Shown piece by piece: positions 8,647 to 17,635 of a stretch of DNA of 64,000 bases. The notes under the pieces are model-generated. The model did no database searches and was not told the DNA's origin. It saw only the letters and a list, made by a program, of their open reading frames with translations. The DNA lies in assembly GCA_031459615.1 (NCBI GenBank), contig JAVKIE010000009.1, positions 8,291 through 72,290 on the forward strand. Reading direction: 5' to 3'. The translations under genes and the position numbers were made by a program. Position 1 is the first letter of the stretch. The number at the start of each line of letters is the position of its first letter. The DNA comes from Candidatus Calidihabitans tengchongensis (lineage in GTDB: Bacteria > Sysuimicrobiota > Sysuimicrobiia > Sysuimicrobiales > Kaftiobacteriaceae).

Positions 8647-10218
8647 GTGGGCAGACGAACGCCTTTCGCGGTGTGCGTGGTCCTGACGGGCGCTCTGCTG
8701 ATTTCCCCAGGCACCGTTGCACGGGCCTCCGAAGGAGGACACGGGGCCTGCGGGGGTGCCGCCGCGCGCCTGGAGGGTGGCCGCGTGGCGTCGCCGGCGG
8801 TGTCCCCGGACGAGCTGACCGTCGAGGCGGATCGGATCGTCTACGACGATGCCGCCCGGACGGTGGAGGCCGTGGGACGGGTTACCCTCGCCTACCGCGG
8901 GATTGGTGTGCGGGCCGATGTGGTCCGCGTGGACCTGGACGCCGGACGCGTGGAGGCCCGCGGGCACGTCATCATCCTGGACTCCCAGGGACGGGAGATG
9001 CGGGGAGATGTCCTCGTCTATGACGCCCGGCACGAGGCCGCCGAGCTGGCGCCGGCCGAGACGATCGTCAGCGGCGTGTACGTGCGCGCCGCGCAGGTGC
9101 GGGCCACCCGCGAGCGCATCGAGGCCACCGACGCGACCCTCACCACCTGCCATCCCGCCGCGCCTCCCTACCGCGTCACCGCCCAGCGCCTGGAGGTCAT
9201 TCCCGACGACCGCGTGACGGCGTACGGGGCCACCTTGTGGGCGGGCCGCCACTGGCTCCTCGGCCTGCCGGTGCTGGTGGTGTCCCTGCGCAGCCCCCAG
9301 GAGACCGCGGGGAGCTTTCCGAGCGTCGGATACAACAACGTCGACGGGCTGTGGGCGGCCTACAGGTACGCCTTTCCCACGGGCACGCCGCGCGCTGATG
9401 TGTCCGCCGCCCTGGGGACCCTGGCCCAGCGGGTCGAAGGCGGCCTGAGCCTCTCCCCGCAGCCGCTGGCGGGATCATTCCTGTGGTCGGCCGCCGTCCG
9501 CTACGGGTGGCACCGGGAGCAGGGGACAGGCGTCGAGACGACCAGGTTGCGCTATGAGGCGGGCGTGCACCTTCCCCCTGTGGCGTTGGGCCCGACGACC
9601 GAGGCGAGGGCAGCCTGGACCTGGCGGCAGGCCACCTACGCCACCGGCGACCGCCTGGAGACGGCGGTGGCGGACGTGGCGGTCACCCACCGCCTGGGAC
9701 CGCAGGCGCTGCTGTCTTTGACCCACGCCCAACTGCGCCCGGCGGGAACGACGCCGCTGGCCGTGGATGTCGTCAATCCCGCGGACATCGTCGACCGCGT
9801 GACACTGGCCTATGAGACATCCGGCCTGCGGGACGGCACCGTGGCCACCAGGTTTTCCGCCTCGGCCTCCTATGACTTTCTCACGGAGACCCCGTCGGTC
9901 GGCGTGTCCTACGGTGAGCGGATCCCGGGCGCCTACCACTGGACGGTGGGTCCGGCCTACAATCTCACCACCCGCGCGACCACCCTGCGGGCCGACGTCG
10001 GATGGGCCCTGGGGACCGACGCCTACGTCACCGTTCGGGGGACATACAATACGACCACGGCGCTGTTCGAGGACCTGGATTATATCCTCACGGCGCAGGT
10101 CGAGGGCTGTTTTGAGCTCTCGGTCGAGTACCGCCAGGTCCGCCAGGAGCTGTGGGTCTCCCTGGGCCTGGCGGCGTTTCCCCAGGCTCAGATGCAGTTT
10201 CAGTTCCGGGGTCCCTGA
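8647..10218 (+). CDS. LptD/OstA-like protein with an OstA_N beta-jellyroll and a C-terminal beta-rich domain, carrying a signal peptide.
   Basis: The GTG start gives MGRRTPFAVCVVLTGALLISPGTVARA-SEGG, a signal peptide. The OstA-like segment ADRIVYDD...TLTTCHPAAPPYRVTAQRLEVIPDD matches LptD. The SD is weak, with the GGAGG run about 18 nt upstream. Confidence 0.55.
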   Translation: MGRRTPFAVCVVLTGALLISPGTVARASEGGHGACGGAAARLEGGRVASPAVSPDELTVEADRIVYDDAARTVEAVGRVTLAYRGIGVRADVVRVDLDAGRVEARGHVIILDSQGREMRGDVLVYDARHEAAELAPAETIVSGVYVRAAQVRATRERIEATDATLTTCHPAAPPYRVTAQRLEVIPDDRVTAYGATLWAGRHWLLGLPVLVVSLRSPQETAGSFPSVGYNNVDGLWAAYRYAFPTGTPRADVSAALGTLAQRVEGGLSLSPQPLAGSFLWSAAVRYGWHREQGTGVETTRLRYEAGVHLPPVALGPTTEARAAWTWRQATYATGDRLETAVADVAVTHRLGPQALLSLTHAQLRPAGTTPLAVDVVNPADIVDRVTLAYETSGLRDGTVATRFSASASYDFLTETPSVGVSYGERIPGAYHWTVGPAYNLTTRATTLRADVGWALGTDAYVTVRGTYNTTTALFEDLDYILTAQVEGCFELSVEYRQVRQELWVSLGLAAFPQAQMQFQFRGP

Positions 10219-10238
10219 CGATCTTGAGTCGTGGAGTT

Positions 10239-10283
10239 GATTGAGTAGATTGAGCCGATTGCGCAGATTGCGTAGATTGAATG
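10239..10283 (+). repeat. Five tandem copies of a 9-bp unit, GATTG(A/C)(G/A)(T/C)N, ending at the phosphomannomutase start codon.
   Basis: gattgagta gattgagcc gattgcgca gattgcgta gattgaatg. It is a relatively AT-rich patch in a 70% GC window. Confidence 0.8.
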
Positions 10284-11674
10284 TGGTGACCATCTCCCCG
10301 ACGATCTTCCGCGAATACGACATCCGCGGTGTGGCCGGGCGCGACATCACCCCCGAGGTCGCCGAGGCCATTGCCCGGGCGTATGCGTCCTACCTGCGCA
10401 CAGAGGGGGCACAGGAGCGCGAGACTCCGGTCCTGGTGGGCAGGGACAACCGCGAGAGCTCTCCGTGGATCCGCGACGCCGTGGTGCGCGGCCTGGTGGG
10501 AAGCGGATGCCGCGTGGTGGACATCGGCACGGTGATCACCCCGGTCTTCTACTTCGCCCGGGTGCACTACGGCATCGACGGCGGGGTGATGGTCACCGCC
10601 AGCCACAACCCGCCCGAGTTCAACGGCTTCAAGCTGGCCCACGGATTCGGCACCCTGTACGGCGAGCAGATCCAGCAGATCCGCCGGCTGACGGAGGCGG
10701 GGGAGTTTGTCGGGGGGGTCGGGTCCGTGGAGGCCCGCGACGTGATCCCCGCGTACCGGGCGATGCTCCGGGAAAAGGTCCGCCTGGGTCCGCGGCGGCT
10801 GCGGGTGGTGGTGGACTGCGGTAACGGCACCGCCAGCCTGGTGGCCCCCGACGCTCTGGAGGACCTGGGGGTGGAGGTCGTCCGCCTGTACTGCGAGTCC
10901 GACCCGCGCTTTCCCCACCACCACCCCGACCCGGTGCAGCCGGAGAACCTGCGCGACCTGATCGCCGCCGTGCGCCGCGAGGGCGCCGACGTGGGCTTCG
11001 GCTTTGACGGCGACGGGGACCGGCTGGGGGTGGTGGACGACCGGGGCGAGATCGTCTGGGGCGACATCCTGATGATCCTGTTCTGGCGGGAGATCCTGCC
11101 CCGCCACCCCGGGACGGTGGGGATCGTGGAGGTCAAGTGCTCCCAGGCGCTGTACGACGAGATCCAGCGCCTGGGCGGCCGGCCCATGTTCTACCGCACC
11201 GGCCACTCCCTCATCAAGGCCAAGATGCGCGAGGTGGGCGCCGTCTTCACCGGCGAGATGTCGGGCCACATGTTCTTCGCCGACGAGTACTACGGCTACG
11301 ACGACGCCGTCTACGCGGCGGCCCGGCTGCTGCGGATCCTCTCCCACACCGACCGGCCCCTGTCGGCGCTGCTGGCCGACGTGCCCCGCTACCCGGCCAC
11401 CCCCGAGGTCCGCGTGGACTGCCCCGACGAGGTGAAGTTCGAAGTCGTCCGCTCCCTCACCGAGCAGTTCAAGCGGGAGGGCTACCCGGTGATTGACGTG
11501 GACGGGGCCCGGGTGCTGTGTGCGGACGGGTGGGGCCTGGTGCGGGCCAGCAACACCCAGCCGGTCCTGGTCCTGCGGGCGGAGGCCCGGACGCCGGAGG
11601 GCCTGGAGAGGATCAAGCGCACCCTGGAGCAGGCGCTGTCCCGTTTCGCCGACGTCGGTCCCGTGCGCTGGTGA
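10283..11674 (+). CDS. Phosphomannomutase/phosphoglucomutase (alpha-D-phosphohexomutase family).
   Basis: TIFREYDIRGV, the active-site loop TASHNPPEFNGFK and the metal loop FGFDGDGDRLG are all present. The start could instead be TTG 10241 with a GGAG SD, which would make the repeats coding. Confidence 0.8.
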   Translation: MVTISPTIFREYDIRGVAGRDITPEVAEAIARAYASYLRTEGAQERETPVLVGRDNRESSPWIRDAVVRGLVGSGCRVVDIGTVITPVFYFARVHYGIDGGVMVTASHNPPEFNGFKLAHGFGTLYGEQIQQIRRLTEAGEFVGGVGSVEARDVIPAYRAMLREKVRLGPRRLRVVVDCGNGTASLVAPDALEDLGVEVVRLYCESDPRFPHHHPDPVQPENLRDLIAAVRREGADVGFGFDGDGDRLGVVDDRGEIVWGDILMILFWREILPRHPGTVGIVEVKCSQALYDEIQRLGGRPMFYRTGHSLIKAKMREVGAVFTGEMSGHMFFADEYYGYDDAVYAAARLLRILSHTDRPLSALLADVPRYPATPEVRVDCPDEVKFEVVRSLTEQFKREGYPVIDVDGARVLCADGWGLVRASNTQPVLVLRAEARTPEGLERIKRTLEQALSRFADVGPVRW

Positions 11675-11863
11675 CGGCCGGTCCGTCCGCCGGACGACGC
11701 GTGGGCGCCCCGGGCACTCCCGCGATCCGGTCCCGCCGCCTCACCCGGCACGCTGCTCAGGCGGCGGCCGCGGTGCCGCACCGGGCGGGGACCTGACGAC
11801 GCGGGGATGGACCTGGGTAGGCAGACAGGCCTGGAGGGCGGCCCGGGAGAATTTCTCACACCC

Positions 11864-12889
11864 GTGAAGGCCATCATCCCCGCCGCCGGGATGGGGACGC
11901 GGCTGCGGCCCCACACCTTCACCCAGCCCAAGGCCCTGCTGCCGGTGGCCGGGCGGCCGATCCTGGCCCACATCGTGGACGAGCTGTCCGCCTGCGGCGT
12001 CGACGAGGTCATCCTGGTGCTGGGCTACCTGGGCGAGCGGGTGATCGACTTCGCCCGCAGGCGCTATCCGCACCTGACCGTGCGCGCCGTCTGGCAGGAG
12101 CAGCCCCTGGGCAACGGCCACGCCGTCTACGTGGCCCGGGAGTACCTGGACGGCACGCCGGCGGTCATCATCTTCGGCGACACCATCGTCAAGGGCGACC
12201 TGGCCGCCCTGGTGCGCGGCCCGCACTCCCTGGCCGGGGTGAAGGAGGTGGCCGACCCCCGGCGGCTGGGGGTGGTGGAAGTGGACCGGGAGGGCTTGAT
12301 CCGGCGCATCGTGGAAAAGCCGGAGGTGCCGCCCAGCCGCCTGGCGGTGATCGGCGTCTACTACATCACCGACACCCTGGCCCTGCGCGAGGCGCTGGAG
12401 CGGCTGGTGGCCGAAGACCGCCGCCAGCGGGGGGAGTTCTGGCTGGCCGACGGGCTGCAGCTGATGCTGGACCGGGGGGTGCCGATGCGGCCGTTTGCGG
12501 TCGAGCGTTGGTACGACTGCGGGACCGTGGAGGCGTGGCTGCAGGCCAACCGGGACCTGCTGGCGCTGGACCCCCCGCCGGTCCCGGAGGGGCTGGGCGG
12601 GACGGTGATCCCCCCCTCCTACGTCAGTTCCTCGGCGACCCTCGAGGGGTCGGTGGTGGGCCCCCATGCGTGCGTGGGGGATGAGGTCCGGGTGGTGCAC
12701 TCCACGGTCCGGGACTCGATCCTCCTGCCGCGGGCGGTCGTGGAAGACGCCCACCTGACCGCCTCGGTGGTGGGCGAGGGCGCGGCGGTGCGCGGGGTGC
12801 GGGGACGGGTCAACATCGGCGATGCCTCGCGCGTGGAGGGCGCGTCTGGAGAGGCCGGCGGCGCGGGCAGAGACCCGATGCCGCCATGA
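11864..12889 (+). CDS. Sugar-1-phosphate nucleotidyltransferase with a C-terminal left-handed beta-helix (mannose-1-P guanylyltransferase / RmlA-GlmU-like).
   Basis: The GTG start gives VKAIIPAAGMGTRLRP, the NTP-transferase signature. Confidence 0.75.
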   Translation: MKAIIPAAGMGTRLRPHTFTQPKALLPVAGRPILAHIVDELSACGVDEVILVLGYLGERVIDFARRRYPHLTVRAVWQEQPLGNGHAVYVAREYLDGTPAVIIFGDTIVKGDLAALVRGPHSLAGVKEVADPRRLGVVEVDREGLIRRIVEKPEVPPSRLAVIGVYYITDTLALREALERLVAEDRRQRGEFWLADGLQLMLDRGVPMRPFAVERWYDCGTVEAWLQANRDLLALDPPPVPEGLGGTVIPPSYVSSSATLEGSVVGPHACVGDEVRVVHSTVRDSILLPRAVVEDAHLTASVVGEGAAVRGVRGRVNIGDASRVEGASGEAGGAGRDPMPP

Positions 12890-13821
12890 GGCACCGGCTG
12901 CCTGCTCTACCCGCCGCCCTCGCGATCCTGCTGGGTGGACTGCTCGCCCTCTCCGGGCCTGCCGGCGCCTCCTCCAGGGCACAGACGTACGTAGTTCGCC
13001 CGGGCGACACCCTGTGGGCCATCGGCGCCCGTCTGGGGGTGCCAGCCAACACCCTGGCGCAGGCCAACGGAATCTCGGATCCGGAACGACTGGTCCCCGG
13101 GCAGGTCCTGCGGGTGCCGGCGGGGCCGGCCTCGCGGCGGCCTCCTTCCTCCGGCACCCGGCCGGCCGCTGCATCACGGGGTCCGGCGCTGGTGGTCGCC
13201 GTCCACCGGGTGCGGTGGGGCGACACCCTGCTGGCCATCGCCCGCCGCTACCGCGTCCCCGTCGAGTGGATCGTCCGGGCCAACGGGCTGTGGTCGGACA
13301 GGATCCACCCCGGCCAGCGCCTGGCGATTCCCACCCGGCGGGGAGTGGAGGTGCTGGCGCGCCGCCACGGACCTCCCCCGCGCCCGATCCCGGTGCCCCC
13401 GGCCGCGTTCGCGCGCTCGGCGGCGGCCGGAACGGCGGCGTGGGATCTGGTCCAGCGGGCACGCCGGTACCTGGGCGTCCCCTACCGCTGGGGCGGCGAG
13501 TCGCCTGCGGGGATGGACTGCTCGGGGCTGGTGCACCGGGTCTTCGCCCCGTACCTGTCGGGGGTGGGGCGGCTGACCTCCTACGACTACTTCCGCCTCG
13601 GCCGGCCGGTCCGGCCGGAGGCGATCCTGCCGGGCGACGTGGTGTTTTTCACCACCGACGAGCCGGGGCCGTCCCACGTGGGGATCTTCATCGGCGCCGG
13701 CCTGTTCATCCACGCCTCCTCGGCCGCGGGCGAGGTCACCGTCACCTCCCTGGACGACCCGCTGTACCGGGAGCGCTTCCTCGGGGTGCGGCGCCTGGTC
13801 GACCTGTCGGCGCGCAATTGA
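12886..13821 (+). CDS. Secreted peptidoglycan hydrolase with two LysM domains and an NlpC/P60 domain.
   Basis: Signal peptide. Two copies of [13 protein letters not shown]...NGI; Cys/His catalytic region MDCSGLV ... SHVGIF. Confidence 0.85.
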   Translation: MRHRLPALPAALAILLGGLLALSGPAGASSRAQTYVVRPGDTLWAIGARLGVPANTLAQANGISDPERLVPGQVLRVPAGPASRRPPSSGTRPAAASRGPALVVAVHRVRWGDTLLAIARRYRVPVEWIVRANGLWSDRIHPGQRLAIPTRRGVEVLARRHGPPPRPIPVPPAAFARSAAAGTAAWDLVQRARRYLGVPYRWGGESPAGMDCSGLVHRVFAPYLSGVGRLTSYDYFRLGRPVRPEAILPGDVVFFTTDEPGPSHVGIFIGAGLFIHASSAAGEVTVTSLDDPLYRERFLGVRRLVDLSARN

Positions 13822-13846
13822 CGGGGCGGGGGGTGGCCGGTACAAT
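13818..13846 (+). promoter_or_regulatory. Sigma-70-like promoter for rplM-rpsI: TTGACG, a 17-nt spacer, then TACAAT.
   Basis: ttgacg gggcggggggtggccgg tacaat, located 32 nt upstream of the rplM GTG. Confidence 0.5.
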
Positions 13847-13877
13847 GGTCCCCGCCGTGTCACGCAGCGCTGCACCT

Positions 13878-14357
13878 GTGAAAACCTTCCAGCCTGCTCC
13901 GGGCTCTGTCGTCCGCCGGTGGCACGTCGTCGACGCCGAGGGGATGGTCCTGGGCCGCCTGGCGAGCCGGGTGGCGACACTCCTGCGGGGCAAGCACAAG
14001 CCCGAGTTCAGCCCGCACATGGACGTGGGCGACGGGGTGATCGTCATCAACGCGGCCAAGGTGCGGCTGACCGGCCGCAAGGCCCAGCAGGAGAAGGTGT
14101 ACTGGCACACCGGCTATCCGGGCGGGCTCAAGCAGGCCACCCTGGGCCAGCTGCTGCGAACCGACCCGGAGCGGGTCATCACCGAGGCGGTCTGGGGGAT
14201 GCTGCCCAAGACCTCCCTGGGGCGCAAGATGCTGCGCCGGTTGAAGGTCTACCGGGGCAGCGAGCACCCTCACCGGGCGCAGAAGCCCGAAATGGCGGAC
14301 CTGCGGGACCGGCGATCAGCGGTCAGAGATCAGGGATCGGACGGGACGGAGACGTGA
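13878..14357 (+). CDS. rplM: 50S ribosomal protein L13.
   Basis: KTFQP...[28 protein letters not shown] is an L13 hallmark. It has a C-terminal extension of about 20 aa. Confidence 0.9.
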   Translation: MKTFQPAPGSVVRRWHVVDAEGMVLGRLASRVATLLRGKHKPEFSPHMDVGDGVIVINAAKVRLTGRKAQQEKVYWHTGYPGGLKQATLGQLLRTDPERVITEAVWGMLPKTSLGRKMLRRLKVYRGSEHPHRAQKPEMADLRDRRSAVRDQGSDGTET

Positions 14358-14362
14358 GCGCG

Positions 14363-14758
14363 ATGGCTGTGGAAGCGGTGGCGACCGCCACGGGGCGGCG
14401 CAAGGAAGCGGTGGCGCGGGTGCGCCTGCTGCCCGGCAGCGGGAAGATCGTGGTCAACGACCAGCCGGCCGAATCCTACTTCCCGCGGCCCACGCTGCAG
14501 AGCCTCGTCCGCCAGCCTCTGCAGCTGGCCAAGGCCGAGGGGCGGTTTGACGTGGTGGCCACGGTCGACGGCGGAGGGATTTCCGGACAGGCCGGGGCGC
14601 TGCGGCACGGCATCGCCCGGGCTCTGGCCAGCCTGGACGCATCCCTGCGCTCGCTGCTGCACAAGGCGGGCCTGCTGACCCGCGATCCCCGGATGAAGGA
14701 GCGCAAGAAGTACGGGCACAAGCGGGCGCGCAAGGCGTTCCAGTACTCCAAGCGCTGA
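14363..14758 (+). CDS. rpsI: 30S ribosomal protein S9.
   Basis: [11 protein letters not shown] ... [17 protein letters not shown] is the S9 C-terminal signature. Confidence 0.9.
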   Translation: MAVEAVATATGRRKEAVARVRLLPGSGKIVVNDQPAESYFPRPTLQSLVRQPLQLAKAEGRFDVVATVDGGGISGQAGALRHGIARALASLDASLRSLLHKAGLLTRDPRMKERKKYGHKRARKAFQYSKR

Positions 14759-14850
14759 CTCTGGGCAGGGTCACGAAGTCCCTCACCCTGGCCCGCTCGC
14801 CAGGGAGAGGGTAGGTGAGCACACAGCGGGTACCAGCGGGAGAGGCGCAG

Positions 14851-14887
14851 GACGGCGGGACCTGTGGGTCCCGCCGTCGCGCTTTTG
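14851..14887 (+). terminator. Rho-independent terminator after rpsI.
   Basis: Perfect 12-bp stem gacggcgggacc/ggtcccgccgtc with a tgtg loop, followed by gcgcTTTTg. Confidence 0.6.
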
Positions 14888-14952
14888 CGGGGGGTCTAGG
14901 CGCGCGGCGGACGCGGGTACACACGTAGTACCGCAACCCCACCGATCCGCCG

Positions 14953-16119
14953 ATGCGCCTGGGCACCGTCTCCGCCGCCGCCGTCCTGGTGCTGGCGCTG
15001 GCGGGCCCGCTGGCCCCGCCGGCCCCGGCGTCGGCGTCGGCTCACGTGGTCCGGCCGGGCGAGACCCTGTACCGGATCGCCCTGCGCTACGGCGTGCCCG
15101 TGGACGCCCTGGCGGCGGCCAACGGGATCGCCGACCCCGCGCGCATCCGCGCCGGCCAGGTCCTGCGCATCCCGGCGGCCGGCGCCCGCCCGGTGCGGCC
15201 GTCTGCGGCCCCGCGCATTGCCCCCCCATCCGTCCAGACCTCTGCCCGCGGGCCGCGCGCCGACCTGGCCTCCGTTCAGGTCCGCCGCATCAGCCTGCGC
15301 TACACCGTCGGCCGCGGGGACACGCTGTACGGCATTGCCCGCCGGTTCGGCGTCACAGTCCACGCCCTGCGTGGCGCCAACGGATTGCGGTCGGACCTGA
15401 TCCACCCCGGCCAGAGGCTGGTGGTCCCCGGCGCCCGCGTCGTCGTGCGCATTCCTCCGCCCGGCCCGACCGTGCGCCTGCGCCTGCCGGTCCCCCAGCC
15501 CGCGCCCGCCCCGCAGATCCCTGACCTGGACACCGGCGATGAGATCAGCGCGCCCCGTCCCGTCCGCGTGCGCCGGGGCCCGGCGTCGTATTTCACCACC
15601 CTGGCCGTCGCCGCGGCTCAGACCCCGCTGCAGGTGGTCGGTCGCCGGGACGAGTGGTACGAGGTGCGCCTGCCCGACGACACCACCGGCTGGATCCGCG
15701 CCGCCGACCTGACCCCGCCGCCACCCATCCCCGCCTCTCCCCAGCCCGCCGCGGCGGTGGTCGTCCGGGAGGCGTTGCAGTACGTGGGCACCCGGTACGT
15801 CTGGGGAGGCGCGTCGGCAGGGGGGCTGGACTGCTCGGGGTTCGTCTACCTGGTCTTCTCGGCGTTCGCGCCCGAGCTGGCCCGCCTGCGCTCCTTTGAC
15901 TACTTCCGCCTGGGCGTCCCGGTGCCCCCGGGCCAGCTGCGGCCGGGCGACCTGGTCTTCTTCACCACCTACGCCCCCGGTGCGTCCCACGTCGGGATCT
16001 ACCTGGGCGACCGCCGCTTCATCCACGCCTCCAGCAGCGCCCGCCAGGTCACCGTCTCGTCCCTGGATGAGCCGTACTACGCCGCCCGCTACGTGGGCGC
16101 CCGGCGGCTGGCTCCCTGA
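14953..16119 (+). CDS. Second secreted peptidoglycan hydrolase, with two LysM domains, an SH3b-like domain and an NlpC/P60 domain.
   Basis: Signal peptide; two LysM repeats; WYEV...GWI SH3-like segment; LDCSGFV...SHVGIY catalytic core. Confidence 0.85.
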   Translation: MRLGTVSAAAVLVLALAGPLAPPAPASASAHVVRPGETLYRIALRYGVPVDALAAANGIADPARIRAGQVLRIPAAGARPVRPSAAPRIAPPSVQTSARGPRADLASVQVRRISLRYTVGRGDTLYGIARRFGVTVHALRGANGLRSDLIHPGQRLVVPGARVVVRIPPPGPTVRLRLPVPQPAPAPQIPDLDTGDEISAPRPVRVRRGPASYFTTLAVAAAQTPLQVVGRRDEWYEVRLPDDTTGWIRAADLTPPPPIPASPQPAAAVVVREALQYVGTRYVWGGASAGGLDCSGFVYLVFSAFAPELARLRSFDYFRLGVPVPPGQLRPGDLVFFTTYAPGASHVGIYLGDRRFIHASSSARQVTVSSLDEPYYAARYVGARRLAP

Positions 16120-16214
16120 CCTGCGCTGGACTGGCCCGCGCGCCGGTGCCAGGGTTTGACAGTCTTTGCACAGAACAAGGTCAGCAGGACAGTCCGACGC
16201 TTCTGGGAGCCCCG

Positions 16215-17621
16215 ATGCCCAGGACCACCGCCCGACGGCGCGCCCGGAGACCCCTGCGCGGCCTCGCGCGCCCGTCCCGCTCTGCACCCCCCACCCGGGT
16301 CATCATCCTGGGGGCGGGGGGACGCGACTTCCACAACTTCAACGTCGTGTACCGGGATCGGCCGGAGTACCGGGTGGTGGCGTTCACGGCCACCCAGATC
16401 CCCGAGATCGAGAACCGCATCTACCCTCCCGACCTGGCCGGGCCCCTGTACCCGGAGGGGATCCCCATCTACCCCGAGGAGGAGCTGGCCGACCTCATCC
16501 GCCGCCTGCGGGCGGACCAGGTGGTGTTTGCCTACAGCGACGTCTCCCACGAGCACGTGATGCACGTCAGCTCCCTGGCGCTGGCCGCCGGCGCCAGCGT
16601 GGTCCTGCTGGGCCCCCGGGCCACCATGCTGACGGCGCGGGTGCCGGTGGTGAGCATCGGCGCCGTGCGCACCGGCGCCGGCAAGAGCCCCGCCACTCGC
16701 CGGGTGGCCCAGATCCTGCGGGGCCTGGGGCTGCGGGTGGCCGTCGTCCGCCACCCGATGGCCTACGGCGACCTGGCCCGCCAGCGGGTGCAGCGGTTCG
16801 CCACCCTGGAGGACCTGGACCGGATCCCCGTGACCCTCGAGGAGCGGGAGGAATACGAGCCGCACCTGGCGGCGGGGACGGTGGTGTACGCCGGCGTGGA
16901 TTACCGGGAGGTCATCCGCCAGGCGCAGCGGGAGGCCCACGTGCTGGTGTGGGACGGCGGCAACAACGACTTCCCTTTCGTGCGCTCGGGCCTGCACATC
17001 GTGCTGGCCGATCCCCACCGGCCCGGCCACGAGCTCACCTACCACCCGGGGGAGACCAACCTGCGGATGGCCCAGGTGGTGGTCATCACCAAGGTGGACA
17101 CCGCCCGCCCCGACGACGTGGCGGCCGTGCGCGCCAACGTCGCGCGGGTGAATCCCCAGGCGGTGGTCATCGAGGCGGCCCTGCCCCTGGAGGTGGACCG
17201 TCCCGACCTGCTGGCGGGGCGGCGGGCGGTGGTGGTGGAGGACGGCCCCACCCTCACCCACGGCGAGATGTCCTACGGCGCGGGCGTGCTGGCCGCCCGG
17301 GCCCACGGCGCCACCTTGGTGGACCCGCGCCCGTATGCCGTGGGCTCCATCCGCGAGGTGTTCGCCCGCTACCCCCACCTGGGCGCGGTCCTGCCGGCCA
17401 TGGGCTACAGCCCGGCCCAGATTCGGGAACTGGAGCAGACCCTCGCCGCCGCCGACTGCGACGTGGTGGTCATCGGCACGCCCGTGGACCTGCGGCGGGT
17501 CATCGCCCTGCGGCATCCGGCGGTGCGGGTGCGCTACGAACTGCGGGAGCGGACCCGGCCCACCCTGGAGGAGATCCTGACCCGGTGGGTGCGGGAGGGC
17601 GCGCGGGCGGGGGGACAGTAG
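16215..17621 (+). CDS. DUF1611-type Rossmann/P-loop-like protein, of the family annotated as CPGS-like or DgcN-like.
   Basis: VIILGAGGRDFHNFN and SIGAVRTGAGKS motifs. The family assignment is from memory of DUF1611 architecture and is the least certain call in this operon. Confidence 0.45.
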   Translation: MPRTTARRRARRPLRGLARPSRSAPPTRVIILGAGGRDFHNFNVVYRDRPEYRVVAFTATQIPEIENRIYPPDLAGPLYPEGIPIYPEEELADLIRRLRADQVVFAYSDVSHEHVMHVSSLALAAGASVVLLGPRATMLTARVPVVSIGAVRTGAGKSPATRRVAQILRGLGLRVAVVRHPMAYGDLARQRVQRFATLEDLDRIPVTLEEREEYEPHLAAGTVVYAGVDYREVIRQAQREAHVLVWDGGNNDFPFVRSGLHIVLADPHRPGHELTYHPGETNLRMAQVVVITKVDTARPDDVAAVRANVARVNPQAVVIEAALPLEVDRPDLLAGRRAVVVEDGPTLTHGEMSYGAGVLAARAHGATLVDPRPYAVGSIREVFARYPHLGAVLPAMGYSPAQIRELEQTLAAADCDVVVIGTPVDLRRVIALRHPAVRVRYELRERTRPTLEEILTRWVREGARAGGQ

Positions 17622-17635
17622 CGGCGGAGGCGACC

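Noticed and set aside
10239-10283. The 9-bp tandem repeats as a CRISPR-like or minisatellite element.
   Set aside because: Five degenerate 9-mers with no spacers, and no cas genes are present. I treated them as a promoter or N-terminal repeat array instead.
11675-11863. A 189-bp gap between the phosphomannomutase and nucleotidyltransferase genes, scanned for riboswitch- or terminator-like structure.
   Set aside because: Only short imperfect stems (at most 6 bp), and there are no conserved riboswitch cores that I recognise.
16158-16194. The GACAGTC heptamer occurring twice near a TTGACA box upstream of the DUF1611 gene and again at 53694.
   Set aside because: A 7-mer that is its own near-palindrome is expected about 8 times in 64 kb by chance. 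No -10 element accompanies the TTGACA.
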